Under the pieces are notes generated by a model. The model worked only from the letters and a program-made list of their open reading frames with translations, had not been told where the DNA came from and did no database searches. DNA of 62,695 nucleotides, counting the filler. It is 7 parts of 7 records of this genome, joined end to end, with 100 filler letters (N's around TTAATTAATTAA, not from the genome) between each part and the next. Parts side by side here need not be neighbours in the genome. Positions count along the whole stretch, not along the records: positions 32,032 to 49,176 come from SRR31156797_25237; positions 49,277 to 56,912 come from SRR31156797_25251; 5 more parts are not named here. One strand, written 5' to 3'. This document shows, piece by piece, positions 42,568-53,700 of the stretch (position 1 is its first letter; every line of letters starts with the position of its first letter). The position numbers and the translations under genes are program-made.

Positions 42568-44319
42568 TTACAAAATCAACCTAAGCAATCCCCAATAATC
42601 TAATAATACGAGTAAAACTGTTGACGCAGAAATAACGGATAAAGTATGCCATTTTCTAAATGATGATAAATTATTTCTCACAAGTATTATAGAAAACAGG
42701 ATAGTTAATACTACAGTGAATATTAAACTAATCATTGGCATTAGAATTTTAATCTTAGTCACTATGTCAGTTATGAAAAAAGTGGAAATACCACCTTGAA
42801 ACATATGCTCAGGCAAGGTGAGTAACAAAGACAGAAGAATTAAATTTATGGTAGTCACTAAAATTACTAAGAAACGGATACGGTACTTTTTTATGCTATT
42901 ATCCGTACTTTTTACCGACTCTAATTTGCGCTTATTAAAAAAGTATAAAACAGGGCGTATTACTAAAGTGCTTAAAAAAGCTAAAAACATGATCAACACG
43001 AGTAATTGGATGAAATGACTATTACGAAAAGTAGATCTTCGCATGCCTTTCGCATATTTATCAGCAACTTCATCCAGCATTGAGTTTAGCTCTGCTTTAG
43101 AATACCAACTGCCTTTTGTCATTACTCCGGCTATTGTTTTTGTATTTTTTATATCTACCAGAGGATTATTCTTCAGTAATAGTAAATCAGCATCCTTTTC
43201 TTTTTCAATAGTTCCTAATCTTGATTCATATCCAATCATTTCTGCGCACTTTTTTGTTGCCGACAAAAGAATTTGATAAGGTGGAATGCCGGCATCTTGC
43301 CAAAGCAACAATTCTTCGTGAAGACTAAAGCCTGCAATGGTGTATGGATTACTTACATCTGTTCCTACAACAATATTGGCATTATTATCAGCAAGTGTCT
43401 TTAGAAATTTGGTTTTCTGTATGAAATGTGAATCCCAGGATTTACCTGTTTTCCACCATGCAGCAGCACTAGGAGAAACATATTTAATCTCGTTAGGAGG
43501 ATTATTATTTAAGGAGTCATTACTTCCTAAATTTTTTAACACCACTAAGGTAGGACAGTTCCAAATGCCACTTTTAAGCGTTTCTTCCACAATTTGCTCA
43601 TTATCATAATACTTTTCATATCCAACCAGATGTTCAATTGAGTTTAAACCTGAGTGTAACACATCTTTAACATCAACTTCCATAGGAACATGCCCCACAA
43701 CAGGCATATCAAGTTTCTTTGCAACCCTAATAATTTCATCAAGTACTTCTTTTGTCAGCTTATTATATATTTTAATCGCATCATAACCATCCGCTTTCAT
43801 TTGAGATAAAGCATCAAATACCTTGCTTTTATCGCCTATTTCAAAAGAACCGGGCCATACCGGGTTTACTCCATCAATGATGGGACCGGTTGTATATAAC
43901 TCAGGACCAATTAAGCTCTTTTCTTTTATTTGTTCTCGAATTTTTAAATGACCTGGAGCTCCAAACATATTTCTAATAAATGTTACTCCGTTAGCCACAT
44001 ACAATAGTTTGTCATCTTCATTATTAAAATGAACATGCATATCGCATAATCCAGGCATAAGATATTGTTCCATTCCTTCAACTATGTTGGTGTTTTTGGG
44101 AATGGTCATTTCATCATAAATACCTATATCTGCAATTTTGCCATTCTTAACTAATACGGAATGATCATATAAAATAGAATCATTAACCATAGTAATTACA
44201 TTCACATCCTTAAAAACGGTAGTAGTATTTTCGACTGGTTTATTACATGAAGAAAGAAGTAATATTACTGCCAAACTAGTTAGTTTCACAGCTTTTATTA
44301 TTGTAGATGATGTTTTCAT
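42568..44319 (-). CDS. Amidohydrolase family lipoprotein with C-terminal TM helices
   Basis: LSSC lipobox; PGLCDMHVH, GH, EH, GTD; three hydrophobic helices at the C-terminus. Confidence 0.85.
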   Translation of the reverse strand: MKTSSTIIKAVKLTSLAVILLLSSCNKPVENTTTVFKDVNVITMVNDSILYDHSVLVKNGKIADIGIYDEMTIPKNTNIVEGMEQYLMPGLCDMHVHFNNEDDKLLYVANGVTFIRNMFGAPGHLKIREQIKEKSLIGPELYTTGPIIDGVNPVWPGSFEIGDKSKVFDALSQMKADGYDAIKIYNKLTKEVLDEIIRVAKKLDMPVVGHVPMEVDVKDVLHSGLNSIEHLVGYEKYYDNEQIVEETLKSGIWNCPTLVVLKNLGSNDSLNNNPPNEIKYVSPSAAAWWKTGKSWDSHFIQKTKFLKTLADNNANIVVGTDVSNPYTIAGFSLHEELLLWQDAGIPPYQILLSATKKCAEMIGYESRLGTIEKEKDADLLLLKNNPLVDIKNTKTIAGVMTKGSWYSKAELNSMLDEVADKYAKGMRRSTFRNSHFIQLLVLIMFLAFLSTLVIRPVLYFFNKRKLESVKSTDNSIKKYRIRFLVILVTTINLILLSLLLTLPEHMFQGGISTFFITDIVTKIKILMPMISLIFTVVLTILFSIILVRNNLSSFRKWHTLSVISASTVLLVLLDYWGLLRLIL

Positions 44320-44392
44320 TGTTATTGGTTATATAATTTTGGCTCAGATTGAGCAGGTAATAGATTCCTAAATCTTGCAAAAACTTTTACTG

Positions 44393-46075
44393 TTAATTTT
44401 TTACTTTTTCAAAATATAAGTTTCGAACACGACCATTAGATACTTTACAACCTGATATGAGATTATTTTCATCCCTGATAAACTCAATATGCCCGAAAAA
44501 CCATGCTTCACCTCCAAACTCATCCTTCTTTACAGGAATTAAATTGAAATCACTTAATCTGCTGTGGTTTGCAACAAGGTTGTCATTCTCTACAGTAAAG
44601 TTGTATGTTGTAGATAATTCTGCGCTATAAAACTCTCCTGAATAGTCAGAAAGATCCAAAGAAGATTTGTCAAATGCAGCAACTCGTGGAGCCTCCATTA
44701 TTTGACCACCTTGGTGAAGCTTAAGTAACTTAACGCTTTCTCCTTTATTTGGTACAAACTCAATAGTGGCACCAACTTGTTCAGCACTAAATTGAGTATT
44801 TGACTCTGTTTTTAAAGGAATCATAGGCTGGCCTGTAGCCTGAGCCTGCAACATATCATTCTCCTCAGTAATTGTTATGATAAAACCGGGTTTTAATTCA
44901 TAATCACCTACATAGTTTACAAGTACATTTTTATCAAATACAATAGCCTCTGACGTGCTCTCTTCTTTAATTTCTTTGCGATTGTCTTCTTCTTTAATTT
45001 TTTCTTTCAGATAAATATCTACCACTTTATGAGCCAATTCATTTGGATTGAATTCTGCAGTATTACTAAATACAGCTACCGCAAAATTTTCGTCCGGAAA
45101 ACGAGTTAAATAGGAACGATAACCAGCATCTGCACCTCCATGTTGTATTTCTTTCAATCCTTTATAATCACCTACAAATTGCCCAAGAGCACCTCCAAAA
45201 GTTTTTCCATTGTTCAATACAGTAAGGGTATTCATTTTATTAATAATAGTTGAATCTCCTACTTTAACATCTGCAAAATTCATTGTCCATAGGCTCATAT
45301 CCTCAACAGTGGTAAATAGACTTGTTGCTCCCACATTAGCATAGTTCAAGACACTTTTTTTATATCCATCAGAAACAGGTTTATATGAGTAGGCTCGGTT
45401 TTTTACGATTTTCTCATGATCATCATAAAATAGCGTGTTTTTCATTTTTAGAGGTTCAAAAATATTAGTTTGGGTAAATTCTGCGAATGAGATACCAGAA
45501 ACTCTGGAAACCACTTCAGCTAAAAGTGTAAACCCGGTGTTACAATATGCAAATTCATCACCTGGATTAAAATTTAGTTCCTTTTGCTTACTCACAAGTT
45601 TTAAGATATGCTCTTTTGTAATGACATCATCCAATCTCCAGCCAGCCATGGCCAATAAATTCCATTGATCTCTTAATCCACTGGTGTGAGAAGCTAAATG
45701 TCTTAATGTGATTGTTTTTCCAAATTCAGGTACTTCTGGGATATACTTTCTAACATCATCATCTAAACTTAATTTACCTTGTTTTTCTAACAATAGAATC
45801 GAAAAAACAGTAAACTGCTTTGATACTGAAGCAATATGAAATATTGAACTAGGCGTTATAGGTATATCGTATTCTAAATTGGCTATCCCATAGCTTTTTT
45901 TATAAACAATTGTCCCATCTTTAACAATTGCAACAGCTGCTCCTGGAGTATTATCCGTATCCCATTTTGCAAAAAGTTCGTCAACTTGTTTTTGTTTGTC
46001 AGTTTGAGATTGGATGGTACATGTTAGGATGAAAAGTACAAGAAATAGTGATAGTTTAATTAGTGTCTGATTCAT
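44393..46075 (-). CDS. Serine hydrolase (beta-lactamase class C/AmpC-like family)
   Basis: SVSK (SxxK), YCN (YxN), HGG motifs; DUF3471-like tail. Confidence 0.88.
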   Translation of the reverse strand: MNQTLIKLSLFLVLFILTCTIQSQTDKQKQVDELFAKWDTDNTPGAAVAIVKDGTIVYKKSYGIANLEYDIPITPSSIFHIASVSKQFTVFSILLLEKQGKLSLDDDVRKYIPEVPEFGKTITLRHLASHTSGLRDQWNLLAMAGWRLDDVITKEHILKLVSKQKELNFNPGDEFAYCNTGFTLLAEVVSRVSGISFAEFTQTNIFEPLKMKNTLFYDDHEKIVKNRAYSYKPVSDGYKKSVLNYANVGATSLFTTVEDMSLWTMNFADVKVGDSTIINKMNTLTVLNNGKTFGGALGQFVGDYKGLKEIQHGGADAGYRSYLTRFPDENFAVAVFSNTAEFNPNELAHKVVDIYLKEKIKEEDNRKEIKEESTSEAIVFDKNVLVNYVGDYELKPGFIITITEENDMLQAQATGQPMIPLKTESNTQFSAEQVGATIEFVPNKGESVKLLKLHQGGQIMEAPRVAAFDKSSLDLSDYSGEFYSAELSTTYNFTVENDNLVANHSRLSDFNLIPVKKDEFGGEAWFFGHIEFIRDENNLISGCKVSNGRVRNLYFEKVKN

Positions 46076-46376
46076 AAGTAGTCGTTTTTAACTAAATAAT
46101 GATTGATTACATTGTTTCAAAAACAATTCAATGGATTTTTAGGGAATTTACGGAATTATGAGATTATACTTCACAGACAAGTAAGTTTTGTGTGAAATAA
46201 GTTTGAATAAAAGAAGCCTTCCGATCCGCTTACCTTCTCCAGCAGTATATGAATACCATAAACTACCTGAATACATTTATGTTACAAAATGCTATCAAGA
46301 CTTTCTGATTTATTCATATTATGGAAAATGAGAGAAGGTTCTATGGAAAAGGACTTAATTCAGTATGCAAATTCCT

Positions 46377-46778
46377 CTACTGAGTTACAATTTTTGTTTG
46401 TGATGGATATTTCTTCAGATTTCTGAGTACAAACCAGGTAATAGCTGATAGAATAAGAAATGTGATACCAAAAAGAGGGGCAATAAAAGTTACTTTTAAA
46501 CCTCCAGCCAGCATTCCCGGCTTAATATTGGCAGCGTCCATACATTGAACTGCATCAAAGGCAGCAATTAAGCCCATCATTTGCCCGGTTATCCCAAATA
46601 AAAATGATAGACTGCCAAAAAACAAAATACTGTTATTGGTTCTTTTAAGTTTTTGAGGATTTTTATTACCAAGGTATAAAATGATAAAACGAATTGCCTG
46701 TACAATTGCAAGAATCCACATGGAGTACACTAGAGACATAAAAAAAGCTCCACCTTCAAAAAATAGTCTAATTATCAT
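46377..46778 (-). CDS. Small MotA/TolQ/ExbB-like three-TM protein
   Basis: F.EGG.FFM, G..GQ..GL..AF, LAGGLKV..I...G. Confidence 0.7.
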   Translation of the reverse strand: MIIRLFFEGGAFFMSLVYSMWILAIVQAIRFIILYLGNKNPQKLKRTNNSILFFGSLSFLFGITGQMMGLIAAFDAVQCMDAANIKPGMLAGGLKVTFIAPLFGITFLILSAITWFVLRNLKKYPSQTKIVTQ

Positions 46779-46991
46779 GACTTTAAGTATTAAAAATTAA
46801 TAATGGAACAATAGTAAAGATTCATGATAACCTTTAAAAAATTATTATGGAAACAGCATAAATGGCATCCTTAACAACAAATTTAAAACAATAAATAGCA
46901 TTATTGTTATTCAGGGTGTGTTTTGTGCTGTTGACATAAAATAAGAGTATCTATTCATACAGAAGCTATTTTCGTTATATATTTGTTAGCT

Positions 46992-48062
46992 ATGACCATT
47001 AACAAAAACATTAAATCCGTTTTAAATGCCTTTCCTTATAGGGAAATTATTTATTGGATCATAGCCTCTTTATTTATGTTTTTTGTTTTTAGTAACAGGC
47101 AATATGATATTCAAATACGTACTAATGTATCCATTTTGCTATTACTGATTAGTTTTGCAAGTGCCAGAATTATCAATAAAGTCTTAATCCCAAAGTTCTT
47201 ATTTAAAGGTAAAAGAGGCTTGTTTATATATTCTATTGTTTTCTTAATTATTATATCGTCATGGCTTATTAGCATAGCACTCTTTTTAATCACTTTTTAT
47301 AGTAACATTGCTTTCGAAAATACCATTTTGCCTTCCAGAGAAGATGTTATCATTCTGCTGACTGGCACCTATATAATTGCAGTACTGTCTTCTGTTTTTT
47401 ATTTTACAAAAGAATCTTATCAATCAAAAGAAGAGAAATTAATTATTGAGAAGGAAAAGAATCAGCTGGAATTAAAATTTAAAGAAGTACAGCTGCAGTT
47501 GCTTAAAGAGCAAATTCACCCGCATTTTATCTTTAACATGATGAATAACCTTTATGCACTGGTAAATGAAAACACTGCACTTTCCAGAGAAGTTATCGTG
47601 CGTTTGTCAGATTTGCTGGAATATATGCTTTACGAGTGCAATACAGAGAAGGTAGCATTAAGCAAAGAAATCAAATTCATTAATAATTATATTGAACTTG
47701 AAAAGATAAGGCACGATGATAGTTTTAATGTTAAAACGGATTTTCCCAAGGATGTATCCGGGATAAAAATAGCCCCTTTAATTCTTTTCCCTTTTGTTGA
47801 AAATGCCTTTAAGCACGGGCTAAAACAAACCAACAATGATTTTATTACCATGCAACTTAGCATTACTTCACTCAAAATAGTATTTAATGTAAAGAACTAC
47901 AAACACGATGTTACAGTTGCTGACGAAAAAACTAAAAAGAGTAAAGGTTTAGGTCTTAAAAATGTGCGAGAAAGACTTGAGCTATTGTATCAGAACAGAT
48001 ATGATTTACAAATATCAATAGACAACAATATCTTTGACGTTAACCTAATAATAATACGCTAA
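46992..48062 (+). CDS. LytS/YehU-type sensor histidine kinase
   Basis: Four TM helices; QIHPHFIFN..NN, ENAFKHG, GLGL.NV..RL. Confidence 0.9.
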   Translation: MTINKNIKSVLNAFPYREIIYWIIASLFMFFVFSNRQYDIQIRTNVSILLLLISFASARIINKVLIPKFLFKGKRGLFIYSIVFLIIISSWLISIALFLITFYSNIAFENTILPSREDVIILLTGTYIIAVLSSVFYFTKESYQSKEEKLIIEKEKNQLELKFKEVQLQLLKEQIHPHFIFNMMNNLYALVNENTALSREVIVRLSDLLEYMLYECNTEKVALSKEIKFINNYIELEKIRHDDSFNVKTDFPKDVSGIKIAPLILFPFVENAFKHGLKQTNNDFITMQLSITSLKIVFNVKNYKHDVTVADEKTKKSKGLGLKNVRERLELLYQNRYDLQISIDNNIFDVNLIIIR

Positions 48063-48763
48063 TGCCCTGTAAAACAAAATATACTTGCCTGATTATTGAT
48101 GATGAACCTCTGGCTATTAAAGTTATTCAGGAACATCTTGAAAATTTCAGTGATCAGATTGAATGTATTGGGACCTTCACAAAGCCTATTGAGGCTATGC
48201 CACTTCTAAACAAAGGAGGTATTGATATATTATTCTTAGATATTAATATGCCATCCATTTCAGGCATTGAATTTTTAAAGGCCATACCTCATCAACCATA
48301 TGTTATTTTTACGACAGCATACCGGGAATATGCTGTTGATGCGTTTGACCTCAATGCACTTGATTACCTTGTTAAACCAATTTCAACCGGAAGATTTTTA
48401 AAGGCTATCAACAAATTCCTTTCATTGAAACAAACTAATCGTACTAAGCACAAAGAAATCATTCATATTAAAGCAGATAAAAAGCATTATAATATTCCCA
48501 CGGAAACTATCCTTTATATTGAAGGCGTTGATAACTACATTAAAATTAAAACCACAACAAACAGCTTGATCTGCTACGACTCACTATCTGGTATGGAGAA
48601 GGAATTATCATCAGAGATATTTTTACGCATCCATCGTTCTTTCATTATTAATATCAATCAAATAGACCACTACACATCATCATACATTAAAATAGATGAC
48701 CGACAATTTACTATTGGAAGGAATTATAAAGAACGAGTATTAAAGCTCCTTGAAATACAATAA
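48062..48763 (+). CDS. LytTR family response regulator
   Basis: DDEP, FLDI.MP, FTTAY, FLRIHRSFIIN. Confidence 0.93.
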   Translation: MPCKTKYTCLIIDDEPLAIKVIQEHLENFSDQIECIGTFTKPIEAMPLLNKGGIDILFLDINMPSISGIEFLKAIPHQPYVIFTTAYREYAVDAFDLNALDYLVKPISTGRFLKAINKFLSLKQTNRTKHKEIIHIKADKKHYNIPTETILYIEGVDNYIKIKTTTNSLICYDSLSGMEKELSSEIFLRIHRSFIININQIDHYTSSYIKIDDRQFTIGRNYKERVLKLLEIQ

Positions 48764-48976
48764 GCTCTATTCGGAATAATTTGATTAACCGAAAAGAATA
48801 AAAATGGTAAATGAAGTATGCTAACAAATACAAAAATCAATACAGGCTTAAGGCCATTGGGTGGCTCTCTCATATAAATAGTAAAATTAAGTTTCAAGAT
48901 TGATATCTGGGTGTTATTAAAATAATTACCTACAATCAAGTAGGTTATCAGTAAATAGCCAAGAGATACAAAATTA

Positions 48977-49009
48977 AAACTCCCGACTGAATATAATCAA
49001 CCGGGAGTT
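48977..49009. repeat. REP-like hairpin repeat, copy 3 (terminator after tRNA-Leu)
   Basis: AAACTCCCGACTGA-atataa-TCAACCGGGAGTT; hairpin part only. Confidence 0.8.
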
Positions 49010-49015
49010 ATATCG

Positions 49016-49098
49016 TGCCCAAGGCGGGACTTGAACCCGCACGTCCGTAGGACACACGGCCCTCAACCGTGCCTGTCTACCAATTTCAGCACTTGGGC
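49016..49098 (-). tRNA. tRNA-Leu(GAG)
   Basis: GCCCAAG acceptor stem, anticodon arm CACGG-TTGAGGG-CCGTG, long variable arm, GGTTCAAGTCC; CCA not encoded. Confidence 0.95.
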
Positions 49099-49147
49099 TT
49101 AAACAAAAAAAGAGCGATTTTCCATCACTCTTTATTTTAAAAAGATG

Positions 49148-49176
49148 AGCGAAAAACGGGACTCGAACCCGCGACC
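49148..49176 (-). tRNA. 3' part of a tRNA, probably Gly (cut by contig edge)
   Basis: GGTCGCGGGTTCGAGTCCCGTTTTTCGCT with U discriminator; anticodon not visible. Confidence 0.75.
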
Positions 49177-49276
49177 NNNNNNNNNNNNNNNNNNNNNNNN
49201 NNNNNNNNNNNNNNNNNNNNTTAATTAATTAANNNNNNNNNNNNNNNNNNNNNNNNNNNNNNNNNNNNNNNNNNNN
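49177..49276. other. Artificial contig spacer
   Basis: Same linker. Confidence 0.98.
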
Positions 49277-49412
49277 GACCCCCATCCCTCTCTTTTCCTA
49301 AACTTTATGTGTCGCTTCGCGAAGTGTGTGCAAATGGATGATCTATCTTTGTTTGGAAGGTTGGACAAAGGGGAATGGGTGGGTGTAATTGTAAAGAAAA
49401 GGAGATCACGTC

Positions 49413-49625
49413 ATGGCTGATATAATTATTTATGGAAAATCCACCTGACCGCATACCAAGCGGGCGTTGGATGCGCACCCGGAAGCAAAATTTGTAGACG
49501 TTTTGATGAACCCGGCAGATTTGGAAGCAATGCTCAAATTGACAGACGGGATACGTAAAATCCCGGTCATAGTTCAAAATGGACAAACAACCATTGGCTA
49601 TAATCGTGGCTCCTGACACGTTTAA
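49413..49625 (+). CDS. Glutaredoxin-like selenoprotein with two Sec (UXX-star type)
   Basis: SD AAGGAG; MADIIIYGKST-U-PHTKRALDAHPEAKFVDVLMNPADLEAMLKLTDGIRKIPVIVQNGQTTIGYNRGS-U-HV*; TGA at 49446 and 49614, each followed by a hairpin. Confidence 0.88.
49450..49475 (+). promoter_or_regulatory. Candidate SECIS for the first UGA
   Basis: CGCAT(a)CCAA...TTGGATGCG stem with a G-rich apical loop directly 3' of the UGA. Confidence 0.6.
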
Positions 49626-49629
49626 AGTC

Positions 49630-49644
49630 TCGGCAGGTTGTCGA
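49630..49644 (+). promoter_or_regulatory. Candidate SECIS for the second UGA, in the 3' UTR
   Basis: TCGGCA-GGT-TGTCGA; loop begins 20 nt after the UGA. Confidence 0.6.
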
Positions 49645-49809
49645 AAAAACAAAATAAATCCCAAAGAAACAAGTTTCTTCGGGATTCTTATTTAACAACT
49701 CTCGCCAAAGGTGACACAGGGTTTCCAAGGCGGACTCTCCCCTTTGGCTGCCAGAGGCGAAATCTCCTGACAAATGCCGCTGAAAGCGGCTTCCGACACT
49801 CTTCACCAA

Positions 49810-50628
49810 TCAGCTCACCAAAACACCTGCATACCCCACCACTTGATCGAAATCACCGGAAACTTCGCCGGAAGTGGTATAAGCAACCAGTTCTCCTTTA
49901 GTCGCCCCCATTTCAAGAGCGGCATAAAGACCAGTGGTCATGGGCAGGACACCACACATGGAAATATTATTTCCTCGAACCGTATTAAACAAAGCTGTTG
50001 GATCAAGCGTGACCACCGCTTCCAAAGCCATGGAATCCATTTTCTTAGCCTCATCGTGTGAAATATAATGGCTCATGTCGGAACTGACCACGATGGATAC
50101 AGGGCGATCAAACGTCTTAAGAGTCTGTCCAATAGCCTGCCCAACCTGTCTCAGAGAGTCGAGGGACGACGAAGAGATGGAAATTGGCACTATGGTCGTG
50201 TCTGGCTCCAAACGATGCAGAAACGGCAATATGACTTCTAGAGAGTGTTCATCCATATGCGCGGACGCATCAGCCTTCAAATTGACATCAGAAGTCAATA
50301 ACGCATTCGCCAAATCCGAATCAAACGACACAGAGCTACCGGGAATATTCCAATCCCCTTCATTCCACACTGAGAATCGCTCTCCGCGCCCGGTATGATT
50401 TGGTCCAAGCAAAAGTACCGTCTGCTCCAGATTCGCCATGCCCAATGTCTTGCCGCATACAGCACCGGAGAAAATATAGCCAGCATGAGGCACCATAGTC
50501 AGCAATGTCCGATCTAGATTTTTGTCCTTCCCCAACCCAAGAAACGCATCCACCATGGCATACAACTTCTCAGGCTCGTCATCATAAAAACGTCCCGCAA
50601 CAATTGGCTGTCTTTCCATATCATTCAC
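49810..50628 (-). CDS. amrB: AmmeMemoRadiSam system protein B (MEMO1 family)
   Basis: R.P.VAG.FY, PHAGY.FSG, GPNHTG, EHSLEV, SSDMSHY, MCG, VVGYAG. Confidence 0.93.
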   Translation of the reverse strand: MNDMERQPIVAGRFYDDEPEKLYAMVDAFLGLGKDKNLDRTLLTMVPHAGYIFSGAVCGKTLGMANLEQTVLLLGPNHTGRGERFSVWNEGDWNIPGSSVSFDSDLANALLTSDVNLKADASAHMDEHSLEVILPFLHRLEPDTTIVPISISSSSLDSLRQVGQAIGQTLKTFDRPVSIVVSSDMSHYISHDEAKKMDSMALEAVVTLDPTALFNTVRGNNISMCGVLPMTTGLYAALEMGATKGELVAYTTSGEVSGDFDQVVGYAGVLVS

Positions 50629-50758
50629 TCCTGAAAAAGACTGACTCTCCTCAGTTTCATAAGCATTGTAGCATCACATCCCGCAACCTACCACCCGCGC
50701 AGACACGCCTACAAAAAGTTTAAAGAAAGGGTAAGAGAAACGACTGCCGAAGGCATCT

Positions 50759-53700
50759 TTACGGTACGGGTTGGTATTCAGCAGCTTTTTGTTCAAGTTC
50801 GTAGGTTTCGAGTGCGGACTTGGCAAGTTGTGCCTGAAGCGTTTCCGGCTTCTTCTCGATAATATCACCGAGCAACTGTTTCCATTCGTCCATGGCACCG
50901 GCCTTGCGATAGATACGGGCCAGCTTGAATCGAGTGGACGCCCATTCAGGGTTATCCACTTCAATATAACGGTCATATTCCTTGGCCCATTTGAGCGCTT
51001 CATCATACCGACCTGACCGCTCGGTGGCATAAATAGACATCAACACGGTATCCTTGATCTTTTCAGGATCACCGTTGGTCTGAAGCAGCAAGGCCAACGC
51101 TTCTTGAGCATAGACAAATACCCGACGCAAATCCTGCCGCTGCATGGCGTCCTTGGCCATGTAATACATGGCATAGGCTCGAAATGCCGGATCTACAGAA
51201 GCATCCTTTGCAAGTTCGGCCCACATGGGCATAGCTTCCTTGGCATCACCAAGATTCTGCAAGGACATGGCTCGTGCATACTCTAGCTGCTTCTGTTGAG
51301 CGGGTTTGAGTTTCCAATTCTTTTTAGCCATGGAAACAAGATCGGCAATCTTCTTCCAATTCAACTGATCGAGATGAATATTCACGGCAAGTCCAAGGGC
51401 ATCATCCGACACACCCGGAACCTGCTTTTCCTGAAGATATGGTTCGATCAATTCCAGTGCTTTCTCTGGCTGACCAATTTTCCAATAACTCGTGGCAATA
51501 GCAATTTTTGTCTTGTCATCAACCTTGGAACCTTCCTTGCCGATGAAATCATATGTTTCCCAGTACCGAACCACACGACCATACCGCTCTTCACCGATCA
51601 TACCGGGCACGGCCAGAACAAACACGGAATCGCCAAGAGCCTTGGTCTTTTCCACGAGCGGACTGTCAGGATAGTTTTCTATAAGATCCTGAGCGGCAGT
51701 CAACGCCTCGGGATATTTTTTATTAAATGCATACCACATGGCCAGCTTGAGTTGAGCGATGGGCGCCAAGGGACTATCAGGATGCTTGGCAACAATATCT
51801 TTATACACCCGCTGAGGATTAAGATTGTATGGCCGATCAAAGACATCCACCATTTCATGCATGGCCGGATCGTCGTAAATACCCTCTTCAGCCAAACGCA
51901 TCTTGGCGATCAATCCACCCTCTTCTTCCGGGTAGTTAGTGACCACTTTTTCATAAATCTGCTTAGCAGGCTTCTTCAACCCAAGACGAATGTAGATATC
52001 GCCAATTCGCGCCAGAACGACATCTGCTCCATCGGCGTCGGGATTAAGGTTGTAATAAGTAAAATAATGATTCTTGGCCGCTTGCCACTTCTTGAGTTCC
52101 ATTTCCACTGAACCGGCAAGACGCAGGAATTCCATATTTTCCATGTAATAATCAGGCCACCGCTTATCAATGTAATCCACGATCTGAAAGGCCTGATCAA
52201 GAAAGCCGGTCCGGTTCAGGGAATCTGCCAAATAATAGGCCGCCTGCTTAACCAACTGGTGTTCGGGATAAGTCTGAATGAGATACTGAAATTGATCAGC
52301 CGCTTTTCTATATTCGCCTTTCTTATAAAAATACTCGCCCCAAAAATAACTGATGGATGGAATGTTATCATCGTCAGGATACTTTTCCTGCAAAATCTTA
52401 AAATAGGCACGCGCTTCCGGGAAGTTCCCAACCTGCAAGTTCAACAGACCAAGATTAAGCAGTGCGCGAGGCACTCTATTGGAACGAAGATTCGCATTCA
52501 TGGCCTCAATAAAAGCCTGTGCAATTTCATCAAATTTACCGGAAAGATTATCTGAATTAAGCTGTTTCTTAATGTCGGCCACAGCATAAAGAGTTTCTTC
52601 ACGCACATCATCCGGCACATCAGGTTGCTTTAAAATATCTTCATATAAAGGCAAAGCAGCGGCCAATGAACCGTTGAACATCAGGGACTGCGCTTCATAA
52701 AGCTGATTCCTGATCTCTTCTTCATGAGCCTTGGCTTGCTCTTCGGGGGTCAATTCAGGTTGTTGTTCACCTTCAACGCCGGGTTGAGCCTGCTCTTCTT
52801 CCACCTCTGCTACAGGCTGTTCAGCCTGTATGGTTTCAGCAGGAGCTTCTTCAACCTTCTTGGCCTCAGCCTGTGAAGCTTCCAAAGTTTGCTCGACCTG
52901 AGCCGTCTCTTCCGGCGTAGGAGCCGGCGGCGGAGCACCCTCAACTACGGTCGGCGGTGGACTGACCGCTCCACCGGCCTGTCCCTGACCTGACACCTCA
53001 ACTACTTGCGGAGGCGTCGGAGGTGAAGACACCGCTCCACCAGTCTGTCCCTGACCTGACATTTCAGCTGAAGATGGTGGGGTCACAACACTGCCAACTT
53101 GTCCGACACCGGAAACTTCTGACGGCGGCGGTACAACTGCGCCACCAACCTGTGTAGATTGCGTCGCCCCTGCCCCCTGTCCTTCGCCAACCACCGGAGC
53201 GCGCCCGGCCTGACCACCAGCAAGTTCAGCAAACTTCACTTGCTCTGCCGTCTGATTCACGGCCTTAAAACGCAATTCATTGGATGGCGGATAGACACCG
53301 GTTTCGACTTCACGCGGAGATGCAACAGGTTGAACCGGCTGAACTGGTTCGGCAGGAAGCGTGGCCTCAGTTGGCAGAGTCCCTTGAGAATTCTCTGAAA
53401 CTTGAGAAACAGGCGCATCCGGTGCAGCAACCTCATTTCTTACAGAATACGGGACAGCGAAGAACGGCTTTTTTTCACCATTCGCATTGGGAATTGCTTG
53501 TGGGGTTTCAACCGGGGAAGCTAACGCGGGACTTGTGACAGCCTGCTTAGGTGTAGCAGGAACCGGTTTTGGTTTTGCCACAGTTTTCGGCTTGGACGCA
53601 GATTTCGGGGCAGGCTTAGGTGTCGGTTTTACCGCAACCTTGGGTTTGACACCCGCAGGTTTCCAACGAGCTCCAATAGGATCTCGAAAAAGTTGCAGCA

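Noticed and set aside
49305-49664. 119-aa minus-strand ORF
   Set aside because: Antisense to the selenoprotein frame, which has the SD, fold motifs and hairpins.
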